The notes beneath the pieces were generated by a model that was not told the DNA's origin, searched no databases, and saw nothing but the letters and a program-made list of their open reading frames with translations. This document shows, piece after piece, positions 1 through 7,115 of a DNA stretch of 29,086 bases. Source of the stretch: a virus. Lineage: Duplodnaviria; Caudoviricetes. The DNA lies in IMG/VR virus record IMGVR_UViG_3300020440_000062, positions 1-29,086 of that record, one strand, 5' to 3'. The position numbers and the translations under genes are program-made. Position 1 is the first letter of the stretch; each line of letters begins with the position of its first letter.

Positions 1-1936
1 TTGCTCTCCCATCTCCTCCACCAAAAAGATTACTGAAAAAGCCTTTGATTTCCTCGCCATAACCTTCGTAGGCCGCTAGTCCACCACCTACAGCAGTTCC
101 TAAAGCGGCGCCAAGGGCAGTACCGATAATAGGAACCATTGAGCCAATGGCCGCACCTGTTAAAGCACCACTTGCCGCTCCTGTGGCAATTCCTAATCCT
201 TTTTGCACATCATTGTCTGATTCTGCTCCTGCTTCGGCCATGTTCATTCCAGCATTGACTCCAAATGCACCTGCTCCGATCATTCCTAGTCTGCCTAAAA
301 ATCTCATTCCTTTTTGGAAGATCCCTGCTTTTCCTTTGCCGCCTCCACCGCCCATGAAGCCACCACCCATTCCTCCGGCGGCTTTAATTCCTGCTGTTGT
401 TCCTGTTTTGACGGCGAGGAATAATGGCACTGTGTCTTTTAAAATACCAAAGCCTGTTTGTATTCCTTCCTTCATGACAAAGAGTAAACCTGCCATCTCT
501 GGGGTTAATTTTTTGACATCTTCGGAAAGTTTTCCTAGCATATCATTCAGAGATCCTGTGCCTGTGCCTACAAAATCGTCTACCAGTTTTAAAAATCCGG
601 TTTTTGTGCTGTCAACTGCACTTGTTAAGTTTTTGAGATTAGTTTCAAACTCTGTGAACTCTTGTGTAAGTTTGTCTGCTTCTTTTTGTTGCTCTCCGAT
701 TGCGTCTGCTGTGTTCAAACTTGCTGTTGCCAGTTTGTTTACTTCACCTTGTAGTCTTAAAAACTCAACTGTACCAGTCGCTGTTGTTTCATTGAATCTT
801 TTGTTTGATCTCTGTGCCGCATCTCTCATTCTAGTCATGGCTTCTTCGACTGTGATGTTTCCTGCGATTAGATCTTTTACAATTTGTTGTGACTCCGGTA
901 TGTTTTGTGCAAACTCGATTGCCGCGTCTGTTACAGGATTACCTGCTGTTGCAATTAAGTCTTGTAAACCTGTTGACAAACCAGGGGCAAGTTTTGTAAT
1001 ACCTGCTTCAAACTGTTGTAAGTTCTGTGCAACTATTGGAGTCTGTGTATTGAGCATTGCAAGGAATCTTTCGTTGGCAAGCGACGCCTCCATTTGTCTT
1101 GCAAGATCTTCTCTTTGTTGACCTGTCAGCCTTGCCAGTCTATCAAGTTGTTCTATGTAATCTCTAGCAGTCTTTAACTGTTGTGCCTCTGACTGTTGTG
1201 TAAGCAAACCTGTTCTTCTTTGTAGTGTTAGGTTGCTTATCAAGAATTCATTTATTTCTTCAACCGTAAGTCCAAGTGGTGCCAAGAAACTAATGTTGGC
1301 ATCTCTAAATTGTTTTGATAAACCTGCAAATTGTTTTGCACCTTCTGTGGTAGTACCAAATAACAATGCCAATGCCTCAGAATTTTTACCAATCATGTCA
1401 ACAAAATCAGTGATTGGTATTCCTGCGTTCGCTGATGCTTCTCGTAATTGTATTAGGTTCTGTCCAAATGTTGCACCAACAGATGACAATGTTCTAAATG
1501 CATCGGTTGATTCACCAAATAAATTTCCAATCCTTGCAAGTGATTCACCAACTCGACCAAACTCGGCAAGAGACGCTGTGTAATCTTGTATTCTGCCGGT
1601 ACCTTCACTGACTGCTTTTGAAAATTTCCCAACAAAACTTGTTGTTTTGACCGTGCCTTTTGCAAATCCGGTTGCCGCTTTTTCAGATAAACCAATTGAT
1701 TCGCCTACGTTTTTAAAATTTTGCTCTAATTTGGAAGATACACTAAACAGCCTTTTTCTCTGCTCAATTGCTCTCTTGATTTCTTTTTGTTCTTGTTCAG
1801 ATAATTTGCTGTTCTTTTCTAATGCTCCGCCGGCCTTGATCAGGCTTTTACGGTAATTCTCCAACTGCTGTGAATTGGTAATTTTTGATAATTCTTCTAA
1901 TATTTTCTGTACTTCAGGATCCATTTTTTCTACCAT
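1..1936 (-). CDS. Tail tape measure-like protein (3'-partial, runs off the left edge)
   Basis: Not in the ORF track because there is no stop in the window. Manual translation from ATG 1936 (alternative in-frame ATG 1924): MVEKMDPEVQKILEELSK...; long helical Ala/Gln/Leu-rich sequence (e.g. DYIEQLDRLARLTGQQREDL) ending in a Gly-zipper hydrophobic stretch (GAASGALTGAAIGSMVPIIGTALGAALGTAVGGGL). It is preceded by a minus-strand TATAAATA and lies next to chaperone genes. Confidence 0.8.
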   Translation of the reverse strand, partial: MVEKMDPEVQKILEELSKITNSQQLENYRKSLIKAGGALEKNSKLSEQEQKEIKRAIEQRKRLFSVSSKLEQNFKNVGESIGLSEKAATGFAKGTVKTTSFVGKFSKAVSEGTGRIQDYTASLAEFGRVGESLARIGNLFGESTDAFRTLSSVGATFGQNLIQLREASANAGIPITDFVDMIGKNSEALALLFGTTTEGAKQFAGLSKQFRDANISFLAPLGLTVEEINEFLISNLTLQRRTGLLTQQSEAQQLKTARDYIEQLDRLARLTGQQREDLARQMEASLANERFLAMLNTQTPIVAQNLQQFEAGITKLAPGLSTGLQDLIATAGNPVTDAAIEFAQNIPESQQIVKDLIAGNITVEEAMTRMRDAAQRSNKRFNETTATGTVEFLRLQGEVNKLATASLNTADAIGEQQKEADKLTQEFTEFETNLKNLTSAVDSTKTGFLKLVDDFVGTGTGSLNDMLGKLSEDVKKLTPEMAGLLFVMKEGIQTGFGILKDTVPLFLAVKTGTTAGIKAAGGMGGGFMGGGGGKGKAGIFQKGMRFLGRLGMIGAGAFGVNAGMNMAEAGAESDNDVQKGLGIATGAASGALTGAAIGSMVPIIGTALGAALGTAVGGGLAAYEGYGEEIKGFFSNLFGGGDGRA

Positions 1937-1946
1937 TTTATACGCA

Positions 1947-1954
1947 TATAAATA
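1947..1954 (+). promoter_or_regulatory. T4-type late promoter TATAAATA for the 2003 gene
   Basis: Exact TATAAATA in the intergenic gap; a gp55-like sigma factor is encoded in the window. Confidence 0.75.
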
Positions 1955-1979
1955 TAGACATACATACGTTAATATGTTA

Positions 1980-1987
1980 TATTTATA
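1980..1987 (-). promoter_or_regulatory. T4-type late promoter TATAAATA for the tape-measure-like gene
   Basis: Forward TATTTATA = TATAAATA on the minus strand, about 45 nt upstream of ATG 1936. Confidence 0.7.
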
Positions 1988-2002
1988 GACGGAAAAAACA
2001 CA

Positions 2003-2860
2003 ATGACAAATGAAACAAAACCTTTAAGCAAATACTATAGACAACCACAGATCTATATCAGATTCCCAAGTGGTGGACAATTTTATCCTCCACAGGTGGT
2101 CAAGCCAACTGCAAATGGTGAATACCCAGTGATGCCCATGACAGCAGTGGACGAACTTGCATTCAAAACACCAGACGCCATGATGAATGGCCAGGCGACA
2201 GTGGACGTGATAAAATCCTGCATACCTGACATCTTAGATCCATGGCAGATAGTGAACTACGACTTGGACACAATACTTGTTGCGATCAGAATTGCAACTT
2301 ACGGTGAAAAAATGGATTTGGAAGTCACAACTCCAGTAACCAACGAGAAATACACACAATCATTAGATCTAAACACAGTGCTTGAATCACTAGTTGGCAA
2401 GCCAATTGAAAATGTCGCAGTGATGAATGACGGCATGAAAATAACAAGCAGGCCATTGACTTACAGACAAATCACTACTTCTCAATTGACACAATTTGAA
2501 CAGCAAAAAATGTATGCTCAGGTCAATACAAGTCAACTGTCAGATGTAGAAAAAACAGCAAAGTTCCAGGAAGCATTTAAAAAACTTACGCAGTTGAATT
2601 CTAGTCTTTTATTAGGAAACATAAACAGCATTGAATTGCCTACAGGTGAAACTGTTACTGATCCTGCACAGATAAAAGAGTTTGTTGACAACGCTCCGAC
2701 TAAACTTATTAAGGAACTAGAAGACAAAATGAGTGTTTTGAGACAACAAGGTTCAGTGAAACCTATACAGATCAAAGCAACAGAAGAACAGATCAAAGCA
2801 GGAGTGCCAAGCACTTTCACAGTGCCTATAGCATTTGATAACTCAAATTTTTTCGTATAA
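2003..2860 (+). CDS. Baseplate hub / tail assembly chaperone, T4 gp26-like
   Basis: 285 aa; N-terminal PLSKYYRQPQIYIRFPSGG, PMTAVDE and DLDTILVAIRIATYGEKM resemble gp26-family proteins; C-terminal NFF; adjacent to the tape-measure-like gene. Confidence 0.7.
   Translation: MTNETKPLSKYYRQPQIYIRFPSGGQFYPPQVVKPTANGEYPVMPMTAVDELAFKTPDAMMNGQATVDVIKSCIPDILDPWQIVNYDLDTILVAIRIATYGEKMDLEVTTPVTNEKYTQSLDLNTVLESLVGKPIENVAVMNDGMKITSRPLTYRQITTSQLTQFEQQKMYAQVNTSQLSDVEKTAKFQEAFKKLTQLNSSLLLGNINSIELPTGETVTDPAQIKEFVDNAPTKLIKELEDKMSVLRQQGSVKPIQIKATEEQIKAGVPSTFTVPIAFDNSNFFV
2845..2854 (+). other. Candidate programmed -1 ribosomal frameshift site (A AAT TTT TTC)
   Basis: Two overlapping X XXY YYZ heptamers in the correct codon phase, just before the TAA at 2858; the -1 frame opens at 2842 and is continuous with ORF 2866..3084. 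Confidence 0.65.
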
Positions 2861-2865
2861 AATTA

Positions 2866-3084
2866 GTGACAATGGGGGAATCTGACATGATTTCCTTTTT
2901 TAAGGACCTAGAAAATGAATGTAAAAATCTCAAGAATGAATTGTTTAAAATTTGTTGGTATATGCGTGGAGGCGTAACATACCAAGAATCCCTAGCACTA
3001 TCCTTTGATGACAGACAGATCATCGGTGCACTCATAAAAGAAAACTTAGAAACAACCAAAAAAACAGGACAGCCATTTTTTTAA
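2866..3084 (+). CDS. Small baseplate/tail assembly protein (gp51-like); probably the C-terminal part of a frameshift fusion
   Basis: 72 aa with WYMRGGVTYQESLALSFDDRQII; GTG start without an obvious SD; lies in the -1 frame of the upstream gene. Confidence 0.65.
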   Translation: MTMGESDMISFFKDLENECKNLKNELFKICWYMRGGVTYQESLALSFDDRQIIGALIKENLETTKKTGQPFF

Positions 3085-3137
3085 TTTGAATTATATGATA
3101 TTATTATCATGCTAATGAAAGGTTTTAAATAAACACA

Positions 3138-4097
3138 ATGTTCAAAGGAGCATACACACCGCAGGACTCTGCACTATTTGGATCTTTTGAATGTCCAGAA
3201 GAGGTCGACATACCGTTGACCGACATAGAGGCCTATAAACTATGGCCAAATCTCAATTGGATGTACGACAAACCAAAACTGTGTGAAAGCCTCAAAGTCA
3301 AACACAACTTCTCTGGCATAATGCCTGAAGAGTTTCCGGTGTTTCAGAAACCCATTCAGAATTTACACGGACGTGGACAGAACACAAAACTTATTTCAAA
3401 CCCAAAAGAATTTGAGAAGAGTTATGTGCCGGGAACCTTTTGGATGCCGGCATACACAGGAAACCATTGGAGCGTGGACGTGATCATGCTGAACGGTAAG
3501 GTGGCCGATTATTTCTGTGTGCTGGGACATCCATCTTTTGACGGAATGTTTGACTATTGGGAATACAAGGGAAGAGTAGACGAGAACATCGGCAAGTACG
3601 ATGAACATATGTTACAGGCATCTATCAAAGCAACTGACTTCTGTGAGAAACATCTTCAAGATTATGGATGGAGCGGAGTGATAAACTTTGAACTGATAGG
3701 TGAGAACATAATCGAGGTGCACTTGAGAATGAGTCCACAATTTGCAGTGATGTACGGTGAGGCAGTCTTGAAACAGTTGCCTGACGTTTACGCAGGAAAC
3801 AAGTACAAGAAAGATCCCATGAAGCAGACACCACCCGGCGGATATGTTTTACCTATGTTTGTAGAAGAGGCTCCTAAACACGGTTTCGAGGTCAACGATA
3901 AGAAAATTAAAGAAGTTCTCGACGACGAGAACGTGCGCCACGTCAGTTTTGAGTACACTGGAGATAACAATCTGGAAGATATCGCACACCCACCCGGCGG
4001 ATTTTACCTGGGAAGTATCACAGTCACAAATCTAGACAAGGGCAAAGAACAACGTAAAGAACTTTTCAAAGCATTTGTATCAAGAGATAGTCATTAA
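3138..4097 (+). CDS. ATP-grasp-fold protein of unknown substrate
   Basis: 319 aa; MYDK, FPVFQKPIQNLHGRG (KP lysine plus Gly loop), GNHWSVD and INFELIGENIIEVHLR (E...ExxxR metal-binding end) follow the ATP-grasp motif order. Confidence 0.6.
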   Translation: MFKGAYTPQDSALFGSFECPEEVDIPLTDIEAYKLWPNLNWMYDKPKLCESLKVKHNFSGIMPEEFPVFQKPIQNLHGRGQNTKLISNPKEFEKSYVPGTFWMPAYTGNHWSVDVIMLNGKVADYFCVLGHPSFDGMFDYWEYKGRVDENIGKYDEHMLQASIKATDFCEKHLQDYGWSGVINFELIGENIIEVHLRMSPQFAVMYGEAVLKQLPDVYAGNKYKKDPMKQTPPGGYVLPMFVEEAPKHGFEVNDKKIKEVLDDENVRHVSFEYTGDNNLEDIAHPPGGFYLGSITVTNLDKGKEQRKELFKAFVSRDSH

Positions 4098-4099
4098 TG

Positions 4100-4146
4100 A
4101 GATGTCTAAAGACATCTAAACTTCGCTTACGCTCGTTTGTTTTTTT
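4100..4146. terminator. Tandem hairpins plus T-tract after the ATP-grasp stop (terminator-like or ssDNA signal)
   Basis: AGATGTC-TAAA-GACATCT (4100-4117), then AAAC...GTTT (4118-4138; minus strand AAACGAGCGTAAGCGAAGTTT), then T7 at 4140-4146. Confidence 0.45.
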
Positions 4147-4520
4147 AAAAACGCAACTGTAAGAACAAAATGCTTAACGCATTGCGTTTACTGTGGCAGA
4201 TTTTGAAGTCACAATTCTGCTGTTTCCAGCAGAACTGACTTTGTCTCTGTGGCGAGTGTCGAAGTCACCATACATCGCTACCAAATTTGGCCGGGCGGTT
4301 GTGCGGTACCCGTTTGCTCATTCCTAACAACGCGAGCCTGTAAAGTCTTTGTATGATAATCCATTACAGACTTGAGGGTGCTTCTTTTTCCTTGCAGTGC
4401 CTCATCTTTTTTGCCGTGTGCATCTTGTGATTCACCACCTACTATTAGTTCGGCGCACTTCACGTTTTACCTGGATGCTATTTTTGCCTGTGATTTTAAT
4501 TTGAGAAAGTTTGTGCCTAT
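4145..4520 (-). ncRNA. Putative large structured non-coding RNA (~375 nt), family not recognised
   Basis: About 475-nt gene-free gap in an otherwise packed genome; locally GC-enriched (33/60 GC at 4261-4320); upstream sigma70 promoter; GAAA-tetraloop hairpin; several helices that need G-U pairs available only on the minus strand; possible pseudoknot; terminal 8-bp stem running into a U tract. Confidence 0.65.
4191..4268 (-). repeat. Two 22-nt imperfect direct repeats GTGACTTC-N7-GCCACAG flanking a hairpin
   Basis: 4247-4268 (GTGACTTCgacactcGCCACAG) and 4191-4212 (GTGACTTCaaaatctGCCACAG), 17/22 identical, 56-nt period. Confidence 0.85.
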
Positions 4521-4526
4521 CACTAG

Positions 4527-4555
4527 TATATAACACACACAAATTTTGAGGTCAA
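4527..4555 (-). promoter_or_regulatory. sigma70-type promoter firing into the non-coding element
   Basis: Minus strand TTGACC (4555-4550), 17 nt, then TATATA (4532-4527) preceded by TG (extended -10); overlapping TATACT at 19-nt spacing. Confidence 0.65.
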
Positions 4556-4572
4556 TCTTTTTGAGTTTAAAT

Positions 4573-5013
4573 ATGGATATGAGTTGGATTTATCAAGAAA
4601 AACCTATTAATGAATTACCAAATGATTGTGTTGGCTTTGTGTATCAGATTACAAATACAACTAATGGTAAGATGTATATTGGAAAAAAATTAGCAAAGTT
4701 TAGTAGGTCGAGGAAACCTTTAAAGGGCAGAGTCAACAAAAGAAGATATAAAATTGAATCGGATTGGCAGGATTATTATGGATCAAGTGATGCATTAAAT
4801 GAAGATATACAAAAAATTGGTAAAAGTAAATTCAAAAGAGAAATATTGTTTTACTGTAAATCAAAAGCAGAACTTTCTTACGTGGAGGCCAGGGAACAGT
4901 TTGCACGTAAAGTTCTTGAAACAGACGATTACTACAATGGTCATATCCGTGTGAGAATACATGGATCGGGAATTATGAGAGAGAAATCAACTAAAGGAAT
5001 ACTCAGATCATAA
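4573..5013 (+). CDS. Stand-alone GIY-YIG (Seg-like) endonuclease
   Basis: GFVYQITNTTNGKMYIGKK, YYGSS, FKREIL, conserved E (YVEAREQF) and YYN; likely start ATG 4573 or 4579 rather than TTG 4546; no C-terminal NUMOD/HTH module visible. Confidence 0.85.
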   Translation: MDMSWIYQEKPINELPNDCVGFVYQITNTTNGKMYIGKKLAKFSRSRKPLKGRVNKRRYKIESDWQDYYGSSDALNEDIQKIGKSKFKREILFYCKSKAELSYVEAREQFARKVLETDDYYNGHIRVRIHGSGIMREKSTKGILRS

Positions 5014-5048
5014 AAAAAGCCTGTACAAATAATGCACAGGCTTATTTT
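5012..5048. terminator. Bidirectional intrinsic terminator between convergent genes
   Basis: AAGCCTGT (5017-5024) / ACAGGCTT (5036-5043) stem, A7 run on the left (U tract for the minus strand) and TTATTTT on the right. Confidence 0.8.
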
Positions 5049-5068
5049 AACGTTAAATTAAAATCCAA

Positions 5069-5260
5069 TTACGAAGCGGCCTTCTCGGCGTTTTTCGCTT
5101 CCTGAATTTCTTTTCTTCTTGCTTTGATCAATTTAGACAAAGATGCTAGTGCCTTTCTTGCTCTAGTGGCACTTGCTTTTACGCCCTTCTCTGTGAACTT
5201 TTGGTTCTCTTCAGAGTATGACTGAATCTCTGTCATGATCTGTTCATGTGTTTGTGACAT
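5069..5260 (-). CDS. Histone H1-like Hc1 family small basic protein
   Basis: 63 aa with KFTEKGVKASATRARKAL...RRKEIQE, matching the KGxKAxxxRARK core of Hc1-like proteins; AAGGA SD upstream. Confidence 0.7.
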   Translation of the reverse strand: MSQTHEQIMTEIQSYSEENQKFTEKGVKASATRARKALASLSKLIKARRKEIQEAKNAEKAAS

Positions 5261-5301
5261 AATATTACATCCTTTTTTTGTTATATTAGTTATAACTCTT
5301 T

Positions 5302-5332
5302 AATTTAAGCAGAAAAGAACTGGTTTTGTCAA
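5302..5332 (-). promoter_or_regulatory. Possible sigma70 promoter for the Hc1-like gene
   Basis: Perfect TTGACA (5332-5327) with weak -10 candidates (TTAAAT or TAAATT at 18-19 nt). Confidence 0.45.
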
Positions 5333-5339
5333 GTGAAAT

Positions 5340-7115
5340 CTAAATTACTATTTCAACATCGTTGGAATAATTGGTAAAACCGTTTTCTTTTACAACTTTT
5401 AATACAGAATTCACTCTGCTTACCAATTCATCTTTGTGTGAAATCAAGAAAATATTTTTATTTTGTGTTCTCGACATATCTTTTAGAACCGCCATCGATG
5501 ACTCAACTCCTGATGTGTCCATTCCAGCGTCAACTAATTCGTCGATGAACAATAAATTAATTTGTTGGTAAAGAGATTCCCAAACATCTCTGAATGCCCA
5601 ACTCAAACTCAATATCAATCTATTTCTTTCACCTCTACTTAAATTATCAAAATCTAATTCTCTACCAAGTTCTTCGATCTGTACTGTGAGATCCGAAAGG
5701 AAAGTAACTGTGTGTGGCAATTTTACCTGACCGAGATAGTATGCCAGTCTTTGGTTCAAATATGTCAAGTTTTGTTCAATTATTCTAGTTCTAACAAAGG
5801 AGTCTTTTGCAGTCAAAAGTTTGTACAAGAAATCTTGGTGTCTTCCTAAATCTTCTAGTTCATTTATATTAGTGAAGTCAACCTTTTGGATCGCTTTTTT
5901 GCTTAACTCGTCGATTTGTTCTTGATAAGGGTCGGCTTCCTTTTCTAATCTCTCTAATTGATTTTTGAGATCTGCTAATGATCCTTTATGGTTATATGCT
6001 TCATCTATAGAGTCATAATACGTGTCTGGCAATGCACCAATATCGCCAATAGAATCGATTCCTTCTGTTACAATTTTAAGATCTCCTTCGAGTTTATCTG
6101 CGTAGGTTTGAGATTCGTTGAGAGTTTGATTCAATTTGCTTACCAATTGTGTATGTTTGTCAGTATGTAATTCTTGTTCGCAAGTTGGACACTTTTGTTG
6201 TTCGGCATATTTTAAATCTTTTTTAGTCTTCTCTACTTGTAGGTTTGCTTTGGTAAGAGAATCTTCGTGGTATGCTTTTTCTTTTTGTAAACTTCTCAAT
6301 GCTGTTTGGTTTTCATTATGTTTTACAACTTGTTTGTGTGCAGTAAGTTCCTTTTCAATGTCAACTTTTTCTAAATCTTCTATTGCTGTTTTTAATTTTT
6401 CTACGTTTTCATGGTTTTGAGATTTCCATGCATTGCTTCTAATCTGTAAGGAATCTATGCTTTGTTCAATCTTTTCATTTGATGATGTAATAGCGTCTAT
6501 TCTAAATTTTTCTTCTTGCACCTCAGTTTTGTTAGACTTCATCTGTTCTTTTAAAAGATCTGCTTTCTCACTTAACAATGTGATACCTAATAGTTGTTCA
6601 ATTATTTCTCTTTGTTCTGCTTGTTTTGTGGCCAAGAACGGTTGTGTGTAAGTATTCAATGCTATGATGTTTTTAAACATTGCATGAGTCATACCCAATA
6701 GTTTATTAATTTCTTTTTGTGTTTCTCTGTTTTCGCCTTGTGCCTCATTGGCATCGGCATTTTGTTCAATATTGTTTGCAAAGAATTTAAACAGTTGTGG
6801 TTTTCTACCTCTTTGTATTGTGTAAGATACATTATTTTTTTCAAAAGTAACAGACACCATCATGTCTTTACTATTAGTTTTATTAACCAAATTGTCTCGT
6901 CTTATTTGTGTTAATGCTTCACCAAAAAACACATAACTGATGGCATTGATTATAGTAGTTTTGCCTGTACCATTTCTAGCACCGGCATCGTCGCCACCCA
7001 GGTCCATATTTTCGCCAAGTACAAGCACGAGATTTTTATTAGCAAAATCTATGCTCTGTGTGGCATTACCCACACTCATGAAGTTTTTTACAGTTAAGGT
7101 TTTAATTGTTAACAT
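5340..7115 (-). CDS. gp46: Recombination endonuclease ATPase subunit (T4 gp46 / Rad50 / SbcC-like)
   Basis: Walker A NGTGKTT, coiled coil with zinc hook CPTC, signature LSRGE, Walker B LLFIDE, H-loop ISH. Confidence 0.95.
   Translation of the reverse strand: MLTIKTLTVKNFMSVGNATQSIDFANKNLVLVLGENMDLGGDDAGARNGTGKTTIINAISYVFFGEALTQIRRDNLVNKTNSKDMMVSVTFEKNNVSYTIQRGRKPQLFKFFANNIEQNADANEAQGENRETQKEINKLLGMTHAMFKNIIALNTYTQPFLATKQAEQREIIEQLLGITLLSEKADLLKEQMKSNKTEVQEEKFRIDAITSSNEKIEQSIDSLQIRSNAWKSQNHENVEKLKTAIEDLEKVDIEKELTAHKQVVKHNENQTALRSLQKEKAYHEDSLTKANLQVEKTKKDLKYAEQQKCPTCEQELHTDKHTQLVSKLNQTLNESQTYADKLEGDLKIVTEGIDSIGDIGALPDTYYDSIDEAYNHKGSLADLKNQLERLEKEADPYQEQIDELSKKAIQKVDFTNINELEDLGRHQDFLYKLLTAKDSFVRTRIIEQNLTYLNQRLAYYLGQVKLPHTVTFLSDLTVQIEELGRELDFDNLSRGERNRLILSLSWAFRDVWESLYQQINLLFIDELVDAGMDTSGVESSMAVLKDMSRTQNKNIFLISHKDELVSRVNSVLKVVKENGFTNYSNDVEIVI

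Noticed and set aside
147-1856. Plus-strand ORFs 147..1121 (324 aa), 1233..1583 and 1647..1856
   Set aside because: Antisense shadows of the tape-measure-like gene; their Pro/Ser/Phe/Cys-rich composition mirrors Gly/Glu/Lys/Ala codons on the real strand.
3095-3110. Small inverted repeat ATGATA-TTAT-TATCAT
   Set aside because: Short and AT-rich with no U tract; too weak to call as a terminator or operator.
4191-4268. CRISPR mini-array interpretation (22-nt repeats, 34-nt spacer)
   Set aside because: Only two copies, differing in the middle; the spacer is itself a strong hairpin; no cas genes in the window.
4278-4463. 61-aa minus-strand ORF inside the structured element
   Set aside because: GTG start, only a weak AGGT upstream, no recognisable motif, and it runs through the paired regions. 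Not called as a CDS, though a dual-function peptide cannot be excluded.
4546-4572. TTG start at 4546 for the GIY-YIG gene
   Set aside because: It overlaps the divergent promoter, and family-like sequence begins at MSWIYQ; ATG 4573 or 4579 is more plausible.
4098-5013. Group I/II intron, tmRNA or RNase P interpretation, with the GIY-YIG as intron-encoded
   Set aside because: No interrupted host gene; no P7 or domain V consensus, tRNA-like ends or GAGGAAAGUCC seen; the nuclease lies outside the element on the opposite strand.
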